A DNA stretch of 64,000 nucleotides, taken from Spirochaetales bacterium (GTDB lineage: Bacteria > Spirochaetota > Spirochaetia > SZUA-6 > RPPD01). The DNA lies in assembly GCA_016934415.1 (NCBI GenBank), contig JAFGSW010000039.1:4224-68223 (forward strand), given 5' to 3'. Position 1 is the stretch's first letter; each line of letters opens with the position of its first letter. Position numbers and translations under genes: made by a program. The notes under the pieces were generated by a model that was not told the DNA's origin, did no database searches, and saw only the letters and a list, made by a program, of their open reading frames with translations. Of this stretch, positions 41,787-52,240 are shown piece after piece.

Positions 41787-41802
41787 TATAGGTATACCTA
41801 TA
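41787..41802. promoter_or_regulatory. 16-bp perfect palindrome TATAGGTATACCTATA between feoA and the DtxR/MntR gene (candidate operator)
   Basis: The sequence is its own reverse complement; it lies in an AT-rich divergent promoter region. Confidence 0.5.
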
Positions 41803-41873
41803 TTATATAGTCTCCTCTATAATTAATCAATCTCTTCATTGCCTTATCGTCCGTTTTTCTTTATAGTCGAACG

Positions 41874-42320
41874 ATGGGACTGAAGGACGCGGCTGATAAC
41901 CTCACCGAGAGTATGGAGGACTACCTGGAAGCCATCTTGTTGCTGGCGCACGATCATACGGTCGTCCGGGTCAAGGACCTGATGCATTTCCTCAATTATA
42001 GAGTCTCCTCGGTCAACAGCGCCGTCAAGAACCTGGCCGAGCGTGGACTGGTCGCCCATGAGAAATACGGGCATGTGGAGTTGACCCCGGCCGGCCGCAC
42101 CGTGGCGGAGAAGGTCTATTCCCGCCACGAGAACATATTCCGGTTTTTCCAACAGGTGCTCGGGGTGGAGAAGGATACGGCGCGCAACGACGCCTGCCGG
42201 ATCGAGCATTCCTTGAGCTCGGAAACCTACGCGCGTTTTCTCGGATTTATAAAATATATAGAAGGCACGCTCTCGGCGGAAGAGATCGCCAGAGGCATCA
42301 GCAAGTACCGGAAAAAATGA
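41874..42320 (+). CDS. DtxR/MntR family metal-dependent repressor
   Basis: MEDYLEAI N-terminus; divergent from feoAB. Confidence 0.8.
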   Translation: MGLKDAADNLTESMEDYLEAILLLAHDHTVVRVKDLMHFLNYRVSSVNSAVKNLAERGLVAHEKYGHVELTPAGRTVAEKVYSRHENIFRFFQQVLGVEKDTARNDACRIEHSLSSETYARFLGFIKYIEGTLSAEEIARGISKYRKK

Positions 42321-42734
42321 CGAATAAAGCCCGGAAGAGGCGGCGGCGGATTCCTCCGGGAAAAAACCGGAGGCTGACGCCGCTCGCGCCGGGGGAATAA
42401 GGCATTTCATCTTCAGCTCGGTCGGCGCCGCCGATATCTTTCTCGCCTTCCAATGATTTGGAGAAGCCTCGGCTTTTATTTTCACCGGACTTTCTAAAAC
42501 CATTTATCATCGTGAACCGAAACCAATAAGATCTTCCCGCAGCCGCGTCTCGGCTTCGCTCGACGAACGCCTTTTCTTCTTTTCAGCGCGGGCGAGACGC
42601 CCGCCCTACCTAGCCGTGGTTCCCTCTCCCCCGGGAAGGGCACCCGCGCTTTACACTCCTCCCGCGAGATGCTACCATCCGCTAAACCGGTCACGGAACG
42701 GCGGGTTCCACTTCGATCGAATAAGGTTCGGATA

Positions 42735-44000
42735 ATGGCGCAAAACAACGGAAACCTCGTGCGGCGGAATATCTTTTTCCAATCCCTCGATTCGGGCATC
42801 TTCATGTCAGGGATCGTGTTTTTCAACCAGATGACCATCATGATCGTGTTCATCCAGCAGCTCTACGATTCCGCGCTCATCGTAAGTCTCGTGCCGGCGC
42901 TTTTCATGATCGGCTATAACATCCCGGGCCTGTTCACGACCGGATTCGCGGAGCGGTCGGCCTTCCGCAAGAAATTCATCGCCCTGGGCGGCTTCATCCA
43001 GCGGCTGTTCGTGCTCTGCATGGTCCTGTCGGTCTTCCTCCTCCCGTTCGTCGGGCCCCGCGCCACCGCCCTCATCGTCCTGTTCTTCTACCTCGGCTTC
43101 TCCTTCATGGGCGGCGTGTACAATCCCGCCTGGATCGACTTCTGCGCCAAGACCATTCCCGTCAATTACCGGGCGCGGACCAATGCCGCCCGCTCTCTGA
43201 TCGGCGGGCTGGGGGGCATTGCGGCGCCATTGCTCATCGATTACCTTCTCAATAATTTTTCCTTTCCCGGCAATTACCAGCTCACGATATTTTGCGGTTT
43301 CCTCCTTCTCTTTCTCTCCTTCTCGGCCTTTCTCATGATCAGGGAAACGGAGCCCTCGCCGCCGGTGGCCCATAAGAGTTTCGGCAAATTCCTGCGGTCG
43401 TTGGGAGAGGTCCTGAAAAAGGACCGCAACTTCGTGCGTTTTCTCCTTACGCAGATTCTCTTGAGCGTCTCCGAGTGCGGGGCGGCGTTTTACGCCTTTT
43501 TCGCGACGAAATACCTGTTCGTGCGCACCGCTTGGGTCGTGTGGTACACGCTTTGGTACAATGTCGGTTTCGGGCTCTCCGGGATCGCGCTCGGATTCAT
43601 CGGGGACAAGCTGGGGAACCTGAACGTCCTGCGGATCGGGGCGTTCGGCTGCTTCCTGGGCCTCCTGCTCGTGATCCTGTTCCCGAATCCGGCTACCATC
43701 AGCATCGTTTTTATCATTGTCGGGATCAATTACAATGCCCGTCTCAACAGCTTCCAGGTGTTCATCACCGAATTCGGGGACGACCAAAGCAGAATCCGCT
43801 ATTCGGCGCTCGCCACCTCCATCGGCGCTTCCGCCTTCGGCCTCATGCCCCTTGTGGGGGGCATCCTGCTCGACGTTTTCCACGTCGATTTTGTGGCGCT
43901 GTTTGTCGTCGGAGCGGTCTGCGCCCTGCTCGCGTTCGTCTCCTACCTGTTCTTCGTGAAGGATCCGCGGTCGTACAAGGCGCCGGTGCACAACGCCTGA
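42735..44000 (+). CDS. MFS transporter
   Basis: 12 TM helices. Confidence 0.7.
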   Translation: MAQNNGNLVRRNIFFQSLDSGIFMSGIVFFNQMTIMIVFIQQLYDSALIVSLVPALFMIGYNIPGLFTTGFAERSAFRKKFIALGGFIQRLFVLCMVLSVFLLPFVGPRATALIVLFFYLGFSFMGGVYNPAWIDFCAKTIPVNYRARTNAARSLIGGLGGIAAPLLIDYLLNNFSFPGNYQLTIFCGFLLLFLSFSAFLMIRETEPSPPVAHKSFGKFLRSLGEVLKKDRNFVRFLLTQILLSVSECGAAFYAFFATKYLFVRTAWVVWYTLWYNVGFGLSGIALGFIGDKLGNLNVLRIGAFGCFLGLLLVILFPNPATISIVFIIVGINYNARLNSFQVFITEFGDDQSRIRYSALATSIGASAFGLMPLVGGILLDVFHVDFVALFVVGAVCALLAFVSYLFFVKDPRSYKAPVHNA

Positions 44001-44383
44001 GGAAGAGAACCACCCTTCGGCTCGCGGAGAAAACGACTCCAACATAGACGCGGTTCGGTCCGCCGCCGGAAACTGCGTTGCGAGGTGCGCTCAGGGCAGG
44101 CTCCTGACACGGCTGGGTAGTGCGGGCGTCCCGCCCGCACTGAAGAGTGAAAAACCACGGATCAAACGCGGATGTACGCGGGTAATGAAGGAAGAGGAAA
44201 AGACAAAGACTTGCGAACACCATTTCGATTACAATGATGTCGATGGAATAACGTACTGCCGATAGATCATCTCCGCAACTTTTTGTATATTCTCAACTAC
44301 ATACTTTCGTTACTCAGACGCCGGCGGGACATTGCCGGTGAACGGCTCTATGAAATACTTGTAGAGACGACGGATGTGAGGAT

Positions 44384-45784
44384 ATGGGAAAGACATTGTT
44401 GACCAAGGTGTGGGACATGCATAAAGTGGCGACCCTGCCCACGGGCGAGGACCAGCTCTTCATCGGACTGCACCTCGTGCACGAGGTGACCTCGCCGCAG
44501 GCCTTCCAGATGGCGCGGGCCAGGGGGCTGCCGGTGCTCTTCCCGGAGCGCTCCTTCGCCACGGTCGACCACATCGTGCCGACCCTCGTCCAGGAGCGGC
44601 CTTTCGGCGATCCCCAGGCCGAGGCGATGATCGCCGAGCTTGAAAAGAACGTCCGGGCCAACGGCATCCGCTACTTCGGCCCGGCGAGCGGCCGCCAGGG
44701 GATCGTCCACGTCATCGGGCCGGAGCTCGGTCTCACCCAGCCGGGGATGACGATCGCCTGCGGCGATTCGCACACCTCCACCCACGGCGCGCTCGGCGCG
44801 CTGGCGCTGGGAATCGGCACCTCGCAGATCCGCGACCTGTTGGCGACCCAGACCCTGGCCCTCCGCAAGCCCAAGCTCCGGCTCATCAAGGTCGAGGGCG
44901 ACCTGCCGCGGGGCGTGTTCGCCAAGGACGTCATCCTGCGGGTCATCGCCGACCTGGGCGCCCGGGGCGGCATCGGGTACGCCTACGAGTACGGCGGCGG
45001 CACGGTTGCCGGGCTCTCCATGGAGGAGCGGCTCACCATCTGCAATATGAGCATCGAGGGCGGCGCCCGCCTGGGCTACTGCAACCCGGACACGACCACC
45101 TTCGATTATATCGCGGGCCGCGAGCTCGCCCCCGCGGGCGGGGAGTTCGAGCGGGCGGTGCGCTTCTGGGAAGGCGTCGCCTCCGATCCGGACGCGACCT
45201 ACGACGACGTGTACCCGCTCGACGCCGCGACGCTCGAGCCGATGGTGACCTGGGGCATCAACCCCGGGCAGGGCGTCGGCGTCTCCGGGCGCATTCCGCG
45301 GCGCTCCGATCTTCCGCCCGAGCGGCGGGACGCGGCCGCGCAGGCGCTCATCCACATGAAGTTCGCCGAAGGAGAACCGGTCAAGGGACGGAAGATCGAC
45401 GTCGCCTTCCTGGGCTCCTGCACCAACGGCCGTTTGAGCGACCTCAAGGCGGCGGCGGCCGTGCTCAAGGGAAAAAAGATCGCGCCGCATGTCCGGGCCC
45501 TGGCCGTGCCGGGATCGCAGGCCGTCCGCCGCCAGGCCGAGGAGCTCGGCCTGGACGCCGTGTTCCGGGACGCGGGGTTCGAGTGGCGTCACGCGGGCTG
45601 CTCGATGTGCCTGGCGATGAATCCCGACCGCCTGGTGGGAGACCAGATCTGCGCGAGCTCGTCCAACCGGAACTTCATCGGCCGGCAGGGATCGGCCAAG
45701 GGCCGGACCATTCTCATGAGCCCGGCCATGGTGGCGGCCGCCGCCCTGGCCGGTGAGGTCATCGACGTCCGGGATGTCATGTAG
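44384..45784 (+). CDS. leuC: 3-isopropylmalate dehydratase large subunit
   Basis: Aconitase-family enzyme with CGDSHT and GSCTNGR motifs. Confidence 0.95.
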   Translation: MGKTLLTKVWDMHKVATLPTGEDQLFIGLHLVHEVTSPQAFQMARARGLPVLFPERSFATVDHIVPTLVQERPFGDPQAEAMIAELEKNVRANGIRYFGPASGRQGIVHVIGPELGLTQPGMTIACGDSHTSTHGALGALALGIGTSQIRDLLATQTLALRKPKLRLIKVEGDLPRGVFAKDVILRVIADLGARGGIGYAYEYGGGTVAGLSMEERLTICNMSIEGGARLGYCNPDTTTFDYIAGRELAPAGGEFERAVRFWEGVASDPDATYDDVYPLDAATLEPMVTWGINPGQGVGVSGRIPRRSDLPPERRDAAAQALIHMKFAEGEPVKGRKIDVAFLGSCTNGRLSDLKAAAAVLKGKKIAPHVRALAVPGSQAVRRQAEELGLDAVFRDAGFEWRHAGCSMCLAMNPDRLVGDQICASSSNRNFIGRQGSAKGRTILMSPAMVAAAALAGEVIDVRDVM

Positions 45785-45807
45785 CTACGAAGAAGAATAA
45801 GTCGATA

Positions 45808-45945
45808 AGGAAACCAGGAAACCAGGAAAAAAGGCAAGCAGGAAGGGAGAAAGGGAGAGAGAGGAAGAAAAAAATGAAAATAAAAATGCCTTTTTCTGTT
45901 TTTCTTTGTCTTTTTTCTTTTCCTGGTTTCCTGGCTTCCTTATTG
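45808..45945. repeat. intergenic inverted-repeat element, GGAAACCAGG family (leuC-leuD spacer)
   Basis: ggaaaccaggaaaccagg .. AT-rich centre .. cctggtttcctggcttcc. Confidence 0.6.
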
Positions 45946-45980
45946 TTTTTTCTTCTATAAAGTGAAGCGGAGGAATAACG

Positions 45981-46595
45981 ATGGCGAAAGGGAAAACAAT
46001 CGTAAAGGCAATCAAGGGCCGGGCCATTCCCCTGCCGGGAGACGAGATCGACACGGACCGGATCATCCCCGCGCGCTTTTTAAAGGCGATCACGTTCGAG
46101 GGGATCGGACGGTACGCGTTCTTCGACGAGCGGTTCGACGAGGGGGGAGGCGAGAAGCCGCACCCGCTCAATGACGCGCGCTACCGGGGCGGAAGCATCC
46201 TCTTTGTAAACAAGAACTTCGGCTGCGGCTCTTCGCGCGAGCACGCCCCGCAGGCGCTCCTTGATTGGGGCGTTCGCGCGCTCGCCGGCGAATCCTTCGC
46301 CGAGATCTTCGCGGGCAACTGCACGGCGCTGGGGATGCCGGCGGTGCGTCTTTCGCGCGAGGCGATCGCGACGCTCATGGAAGCGGCCGGGGCGCGTCCG
46401 GAGACCGAGTTCGCGATCGACCTCGAGACGATGACAATCCGCTTCCCGAACGGCGAGCTTCCGTTCGAGCTCCCCGAGTCGAGCCGGCAGGCCTTTCTCC
46501 TGGGGACCTGGGACTCGACCGAGGGACTCCTCTCCCACGTGGAAGAGATCCGGGCCAGGGCCCGCGCGCTGCCGTACCTGAATGGCTTCCGGTGA
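45981..46595 (+). CDS. leuD: 3-isopropylmalate dehydratase small subunit
   Basis: Aconitase swivel domain. Confidence 0.9.
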   Translation: MAKGKTIVKAIKGRAIPLPGDEIDTDRIIPARFLKAITFEGIGRYAFFDERFDEGGGEKPHPLNDARYRGGSILFVNKNFGCGSSREHAPQALLDWGVRALAGESFAEIFAGNCTALGMPAVRLSREAIATLMEAAGARPETEFAIDLETMTIRFPNGELPFELPESSRQAFLLGTWDSTEGLLSHVEEIRARARALPYLNGFR

Positions 46596-46596
46596 A

Positions 46597-46736
46597 GGGG
46601 AGGAGAACCACGGATTGGCGCGGATAAGACGGATGGCACGGATGGGAGAAGAGGCGGAATAAATAGAATGGGTTATTTTTTCCGGAAAGATCTTCATTTC
46701 CTTCCTGTGCTTCGTTCCTCTTCGTGTCCTCTTCCT
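46597..46736. repeat. inverted-repeat element (leuD-ilvD spacer); left arm GGGGAGGAGAACCACGGAT
   Basis: Purine arm, AT-rich centre and pyrimidine arm. Confidence 0.55.
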
Positions 46737-46804
46737 AAACGGTTTGGGAAAATACCGTGTTGGCTTAAGTATGTTTGAAAAAAAACGAGAAACGGGAGGC
46801 AATC

Positions 46805-48481
46805 ATGGCGGAACAGCTGAACCGGCGCAGCCGGGAAATGACGGAAGGCTTGTCCAGGACCGCAAACCGCGCCATGCTCCGCGCGGTCGGGTTCAAAGAC
46901 AAGGATTTCACCAAGCCGATCATCGGCCTGGCCAGCGCGGGGAGCGAAGTCTCGCCCTGCAATTACCATCTCAACGAGCTGGCCGAGTGGGCCAAGGAGC
47001 CGCTTCGCAAGCGGGGCGGCGTGCCGCTCCAGTTCAACACCTTCGTGGTGACGGACGGTGAGGCGATGGGCCACGAGGGGATGAAGTGCTCGCTTCCGAG
47101 CCGCGACACGATCGCGGACGTGATCGAGCTGGTGGCGCGCGGCCACAAAATGGACGCCCTCTTCGGCCTGGGCGGCTGCGATAAGACCATCCCCGGCACG
47201 GTGATGGCCATGGCCCGCCTCAACCTGCCCTCGATTTTCCTCTACGGCGGCACGATCCTGCCCGGGAAATACCGGGGCCGGGACGTGGACATCGTCAGCG
47301 CCTTCGAGGCCGTCGGCGCCGCCGGACGCGGGATCATGAGCGAGGAGGAGCGGCACGGCATCGAGTGCGCCGCCTGCCCGGGCCCCGGCGCCTGCGGCGG
47401 GATGTACACCGCCAACACCATGGCTTCCGCGATGGTCGCCATCGGCATGGCGCCGCCGGGAAACGCCTCCCTCCCCGCGGTGGACAGGGCAAAGCGCGCC
47501 GAAATGGGGCGGGCCGCCGGTTTTCTCACCGGGCTCATCATAAAGAACATCAGTCCGCGGGACATCATGACCCGCCGGGCCTTCGAGAACGCGATCCGGA
47601 CGGTGATGGCGCTCGGCGGCTCCACCAATGCCGTCCTCCACCTCCTCGCCCTGGCCAGGGAGGCGGAGGCGCCGCTCACGGTGGACGATTTCAATCCCTT
47701 CGCCGAAACCACGCCCATCCTCTGCGACATGAAACCGGCCGGGCGCTACGTCATGAACGACCTGCACCGGGTCGGCGGGGTGGAGGCGGTGATGAAGATG
47801 CTCCTCGACCGGGGACTCCTCCACGGCGACTGCCTGACGGTCACGGGCCGGACGCTCGCGGAGAACCTGGCCGGCGTGCGCGTGTCCCTGGAGGGGCAGG
47901 ACGTCATCCATCCGTTCGAGCGTCCGGTGAGGGCGGCGGGACCCATCTTCATCCTCAGGGGCAACCTGGCGGAGGAGGGCGCCGTCTTGAAGACCTGCGG
48001 CATTGAGAAAGCGGAGCATTCAGGCCCGGCCCGGGTGTTCGAGCGGGAGGAGGAGGCGCTGGCGGCGATCCTGGACGGGAAGATCCGCAAGGGCGACACC
48101 ATCGTTATCCGCTACGAGGGGCCCAAGGGCGGGCCGGGGATGCGCGAGATGCTCGCCCCCACCGCGGCGATAGCGGGCGCGGGGCTCCTCAATGACGTCG
48201 CCCTGATCACCGACGGCCGCTTCTCCGGAGGAAGCCACGGCATTCTCGTGGGGCACATCGCGCCCGAGGCGCAGGTCGGAGGGCTCATCGCCTTCCTCAA
48301 GGACGGCGATATGATCACCATCAGCGCCTCCCGCAAGCTCCTCCAGGCCGACGTGAGCGACGAGGAAATCGCCCGGCGCAAGGCCGGCTGGAAGCCCCGG
48401 GAGATCGCCTACACCCACGGCGCGCTCTACAAGTACGCGAAATTGGTGTCCTCGGCGAGCCGCGGCGCGGTCACCAGTTGA
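46805..48481 (+). CDS. ilvD: dihydroxy-acid dehydratase
   Basis: CDKTIPG and SGGSHG motifs. Confidence 0.95.
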   Translation: MAEQLNRRSREMTEGLSRTANRAMLRAVGFKDKDFTKPIIGLASAGSEVSPCNYHLNELAEWAKEPLRKRGGVPLQFNTFVVTDGEAMGHEGMKCSLPSRDTIADVIELVARGHKMDALFGLGGCDKTIPGTVMAMARLNLPSIFLYGGTILPGKYRGRDVDIVSAFEAVGAAGRGIMSEEERHGIECAACPGPGACGGMYTANTMASAMVAIGMAPPGNASLPAVDRAKRAEMGRAAGFLTGLIIKNISPRDIMTRRAFENAIRTVMALGGSTNAVLHLLALAREAEAPLTVDDFNPFAETTPILCDMKPAGRYVMNDLHRVGGVEAVMKMLLDRGLLHGDCLTVTGRTLAENLAGVRVSLEGQDVIHPFERPVRAAGPIFILRGNLAEEGAVLKTCGIEKAEHSGPARVFEREEEALAAILDGKIRKGDTIVIRYEGPKGGPGMREMLAPTAAIAGAGLLNDVALITDGRFSGGSHGILVGHIAPEAQVGGLIAFLKDGDMITISASRKLLQADVSDEEIARRKAGWKPREIAYTHGALYKYAKLVSSASRGAVTS

Positions 48482-48487
48482 ACGCGG

Positions 48488-48506
48488 GATCCGTGGTTCT
48501 CCTCCC
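48488..48506. repeat. lone arm ATCCGTGGTTCTCCTCCCC, exact reverse complement of 46597-46615
   Basis: 19 of 19 positions match in inverted orientation, with ilvD lying between the two arms. Confidence 0.6.
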
Positions 48507-48585
48507 CTCTTTTTCACGCAGACCCCGGAAAACCCATGGCACATATCCCCGACTTTATGTATATTGACTGACAGAGGGTAGGATT

Positions 48586-49821
48586 ATGAAAATCTACAGC
48601 CTGAAACACCTGTTGGTCGCGGCCGGCGGGACCTTGGCGGCATTTATTCTCATAGGGGCGCTCCTGGGGTTCGTCACCTGGCCGTTCGACGGCGCGGTCC
48701 GGGCGGCGCCGGCTGTGCCGGCGGAAAACGTCGCGGCCGGCCCGGACCGGACGGTGGACGATTCGCCGTCGCCCTATTTCGAGCAGAACCTCGCGCCCGC
48801 GCCGTCTCAAGCCATGTCGCAGGACGAGAAGGAAAACGTCGACATCTACCGCCGGCTCAACGAGGCGGTCGTCAACATCACCTCGACAAGCTACGGGTAC
48901 AACTGGTTCATGGAACCGGTGCCGCAGCAGGGCACCGGCTCCGGCTCGATCATCAACCGGGAGGGCCACATCCTCACCAACTTCCACGTGGTGGCCAACG
49001 CCGAAAAGCTTACCGTCACGCTTTTCGACGGCAGCGAGCGGGAAGGCACGATGGTGGGCGTGGACCCGGAGAACGACCTGGCCGTCATCAAGATCGATCC
49101 CAAGGGCGCACAGCTCGTTACCGTTCCCTTCGGCTCCTCGAGCGAGCTCCTCGTCGGAAACAAGGTGCTCGCCATCGGCAACCCCTTCGGGCTGGAGCGC
49201 ACCCTCACCACCGGCATCGTCTCCGGCCTGGGCCGGCCCCTCCGCATCAACCAGAACTACGTCATCCGCGAGATGATCCAGACCGACGCCGCCATCAACC
49301 CCGGCAACTCGGGCGGGCCGCTCCTTAACACGCGCGGCGAGCTCGTCGGCATCAACACCATGATCTACTCGCCGTCGGGGGGGTCCGTCGGGATCGGGTT
49401 CGCGGTGCCCATCGACATCGCCAAGCGGGTCGTACCGGAGCTCATACGAGCGGGCATGGTGGATCGCGGGTGGATCGACGTGACGCCGGTGCAGCTCTTC
49501 CCGGCCCTCGTCGAATACGCCAAGCTGCAGGTCACCCAGGGGCTCCTCGTGTCGGAGACGGCGCCGGGCGGACTGGCCGAACGGGCGGGGATCAAGGGCG
49601 GCGCCCGGTCGCGGGGGGTCCGCTACCGCGGGAACATGATCTACCTCGGGGGGGACGTCATCACCGAGGTCGACGGCGTGGCCATCTCGGGCATCCAGGA
49701 CCTCTACGCGGCCCTGGAAAACTCGAAGCCCGGCAAGGTCGTGCCCGTCAAGGTGAACCGCAACGGCCGGATCGTGGAGCTCAAGGTCCAGCTGGCCCGT
49801 CGCCCCCATGCGAACAACTGA
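48586..49821 (+). CDS. htrA: HtrA/DegP family serine protease (trypsin domain + PDZ)
   Basis: TNFHVV, GNSGGPL and PDZ domain. Confidence 0.9.
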   Translation: MKIYSLKHLLVAAGGTLAAFILIGALLGFVTWPFDGAVRAAPAVPAENVAAGPDRTVDDSPSPYFEQNLAPAPSQAMSQDEKENVDIYRRLNEAVVNITSTSYGYNWFMEPVPQQGTGSGSIINREGHILTNFHVVANAEKLTVTLFDGSEREGTMVGVDPENDLAVIKIDPKGAQLVTVPFGSSSELLVGNKVLAIGNPFGLERTLTTGIVSGLGRPLRINQNYVIREMIQTDAAINPGNSGGPLLNTRGELVGINTMIYSPSGGSVGIGFAVPIDIAKRVVPELIRAGMVDRGWIDVTPVQLFPALVEYAKLQVTQGLLVSETAPGGLAERAGIKGGARSRGVRYRGNMIYLGGDVITEVDGVAISGIQDLYAALENSKPGKVVPVKVNRNGRIVELKVQLARRPHANN

Positions 49822-49837
49822 TCCGCGCCGAGAGCTG

Positions 49838-50036
49838 AGGAAGAGAAAATAACTACGGATGGGACGCGGATAGGACGCGGATAAAGAGAATAGAGAAAGA
49901 GCAAAGAGCAAAGAGAATAAATTGTTCTATATTTCTTTTTCTTTCTTGCCTTTATTCTTCATCCGCGTCCTCACGCTGGAAGCTGCGCTGCGCGATCCCG
50001 CGTTCATCCGTAGTTCCATATCTTCCTCATCCGCGC
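49838..50036. repeat. intergenic inverted-repeat element, ACGGAT family (htrA-uvrB spacer)
   Basis: ctacggatgggacgcggataggacgcggat .. atcccgcgttcatccgtag. Confidence 0.6.
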
Positions 50037-50049
50037 GAAGGAGGACGAC

Positions 50050-52047
50050 ATCGACTTCAAAGTAACGGCCGATTTCGACGTTGCCGGAGACCAGGGCCAG
50101 GCGATCGACAAGCTCGCGGCGGGCGTCGCGTCCGGGGAACGCTTCCAGACCCTGAAGGGCGTGACGGGTTCGGGCAAGACGTTCACCATGGCCAAGATCA
50201 TCGAACGGCTGAACCGGCCCACGCTCGTCATCTCCCACAACAAGACGCTTGCCGCCCAGCTCTATCGGGAATTCCGGGATTTTTTCCCGAACAACGCTGT
50301 CGAGTACTTCGTCTCGTACTACGACTATTACCAGCCCGAGGCCTACGTGGCCAAGCACGACCTCTACATTGAAAAGGACGCCTCCATCAACCAGGAGATC
50401 GACCGTCTCCGCCTCTCCGCGGCCGCCTCGCTCATGGAGCGCAGCGACGTCATCGTGGTGGCCACGGTCTCCTGCATCTACGGCCTGGGCAATCCCGAGG
50501 ACTACAAGGGCATGCGGATCGAGCTTAAAAAGGGCGGGGATGACGGCCCGCGTCGGCTTGCCTCCCGGCTGGTCGCCCTCCAGTACGAGCGGAACGACGC
50601 GGTCCTGGAGCGCGGCCGCTTCCGGGTGCGCGGCGACGTGGTGGAGATCGGCCTGGCCTCGGTCAAGGCGGCCCTGCGCATCGAGTTCTTCGGCGACGAG
50701 ATCGAGCGCATCCGGCTCGTCGATCCCCTCACCCTGGAGACCCTCGAGGAGCGCGAGCGGACTTTCGTCTACCCGGCCAAGTACTTCGTCATGCCGCACG
50801 AGCGGGTGGAGCGGGCGATCGAGAAGATCCGATCCGAGCTCGACGCGCGCTACCGCGAGCTCCTGGACGCCAAGAAGCTCGTCGAGGCCGAGCGGCTGAA
50901 GACGCGCACCGAGTACGACCTCGAGATGCTCTCGGAGATGGGCTACTGTCCCGGCATCGAGAACTACTCGCGCCACCTCTCGGGGCGCGAGGCGGGCGAG
51001 CGGCCGTGGGTACTCATCGACTTCTTCCCCGACCCCTTTCTCACCTTCATCGACGAGTCGCACGTCACCCTGCCGCAGATCGGGGGCATGTACGAGGGCG
51101 ACCGCTCGCGCAAGACCTCGCTTGTCGAATACGGCTTCCGCCTGCCCTCGGCGCTCGACAACCGGCCGCTCGTATTCAAGGAGTTCGAGGGCCTGCTCGA
51201 TTCCGTCGTCTACGTGAGCGCCACGCCGCAGGCCTTCGAGCTCGGGAAATCATCGCGCGTGGTCGAGCAGCTCATCCGGCCCACCGGCCTCCTCGATCCC
51301 GCGGTCGAGGTGCGTCCGACCGCGGGCCAGATCGACGACATCTACAAGGAGATTACGCTCCGGGTGGAGCGGGGCGAACGGAGCCTGGTCACCACGCTCA
51401 CCAAGAAGATGGCCGAGGAGCTCACCGACTACCTGGCCGACCTGGGGCTCAAGGTCCGCTACCTCCACTCGGAGATCGAGACGATCGAGCGGGTGGAGAT
51501 CCTGAAAGCCTTGAGGGCCGGCGAGTGCGACGTGGTGGTCGGCATCAATCTCCTCCGCGAGGGACTCGACCTGCCCGAGGTGTCGTTCATCGCCATCCTG
51601 GACGCGGACAAGATCGGCTTCCTGCGCTCCACCACCTCGCTCGTCCAGATCATCGGGCGGGCGGCGCGCAACGTGAACGGCACGGTCGTCATGTACGCCG
51701 ACCGCGCGAGCGACGCCATGAAGGAGGCCATCGCGGAGACCGAGCGGCGCCGCGCCGTGCAGGCGGCCTACAACGAGGAGCACCACATCACCCCGGTCAC
51801 CATCACCAAGGCCGTGCACGACATCCTCGAGCGCAGGATCAAGGAGAAAGAGGAGAGCGAGCGGGTGGAGATCGAGGTGCTCAAGAAGAGCTACAACCTG
51901 CTTGTGCCGCGCGAGCGCAAGGCCTACCTCCGCAAGCTCGAGGAGGAGATGCTCGAGATGGCGAAGAACCTGGAATTCGAGCGCGCCGCGGCGTTGCGCG
52001 ACGAGATCAAGGCGGTCAACGAGATGTTTCAGCCTGACTCCGGGTAG
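50050..52047 (+). CDS. uvrB: excinuclease ABC subunit B; apparent AUC start codon
   Basis: FKVTADFDVAGDQ..GVTGSGKTFT motifs. There is no in-frame ATG/GTG/TTG between the TAG at 50011-13 and the conserved N-terminus. An AAGGAGG SD lies 5 nt before the ATC at 50050. Confidence 0.85.
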   Translation: MDFKVTADFDVAGDQGQAIDKLAAGVASGERFQTLKGVTGSGKTFTMAKIIERLNRPTLVISHNKTLAAQLYREFRDFFPNNAVEYFVSYYDYYQPEAYVAKHDLYIEKDASINQEIDRLRLSAAASLMERSDVIVVATVSCIYGLGNPEDYKGMRIELKKGGDDGPRRLASRLVALQYERNDAVLERGRFRVRGDVVEIGLASVKAALRIEFFGDEIERIRLVDPLTLETLEERERTFVYPAKYFVMPHERVERAIEKIRSELDARYRELLDAKKLVEAERLKTRTEYDLEMLSEMGYCPGIENYSRHLSGREAGERPWVLIDFFPDPFLTFIDESHVTLPQIGGMYEGDRSRKTSLVEYGFRLPSALDNRPLVFKEFEGLLDSVVYVSATPQAFELGKSSRVVEQLIRPTGLLDPAVEVRPTAGQIDDIYKEITLRVERGERSLVTTLTKKMAEELTDYLADLGLKVRYLHSEIETIERVEILKALRAGECDVVVGINLLREGLDLPEVSFIAILDADKIGFLRSTTSLVQIIGRAARNVNGTVVMYADRASDAMKEAIAETERRRAVQAAYNEEHHITPVTITKAVHDILERRIKEKEESERVEIEVLKKSYNLLVPRERKAYLRKLEEEMLEMAKNLEFERAAALRDEIKAVNEMFQPDSG

Positions 52048-52085
52048 GATCAACTCCCCGGGGAATTTATCAGGAGACTATGAAG

Positions 52086-52197
52086 GACAGGAAACCAGGA
52101 AAAGAGGGGGAAAAAAAGAAAGAGAGAGAAGGGGAAACAGATTTTCTTTTACTTTTTATCTCTTTCTCTTTTCCGGTTTCCTTTCCTCCTGGCTTCC
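52086..52197. repeat. intergenic inverted-repeat element, GGAAACCAGG family (downstream of uvrB)
   Basis: ggaaaccaggaaaagag .. ctcttttccggtttcc. Confidence 0.55.
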
Positions 52198-52240
52198 TCA
52201 TAAAATCTTTCCAATTGAGTGGAATGGACGAAGATTATAG

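Noticed and set aside
42321-42734. 414-bp intergenic region upstream of the MFS transporter, checked for tRNA or riboswitch
   Set aside because: It contains a GCGGGCG hairpin and a ccgtggttcc string, but no cloverleaf-compatible tRNA structure or recognisable riboswitch core could be reconstructed by eye. Left unannotated.
44001-44383. 383-bp leader upstream of leuC, checked for a Leu leader peptide / attenuator or T-box
   Set aside because: No run of Leu codons in a short ORF and no T-box specifier or antiterminator motif was recognised. Only the GC hairpin at 44119-44141 and a lone CACGGAT arm were seen.
44348-48019. Long minus-strand ORFs (44348..45592, 46694..48019) opposite leuC and ilvD
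   Set aside because: Antisense shadows of highly conserved biosynthetic genes.
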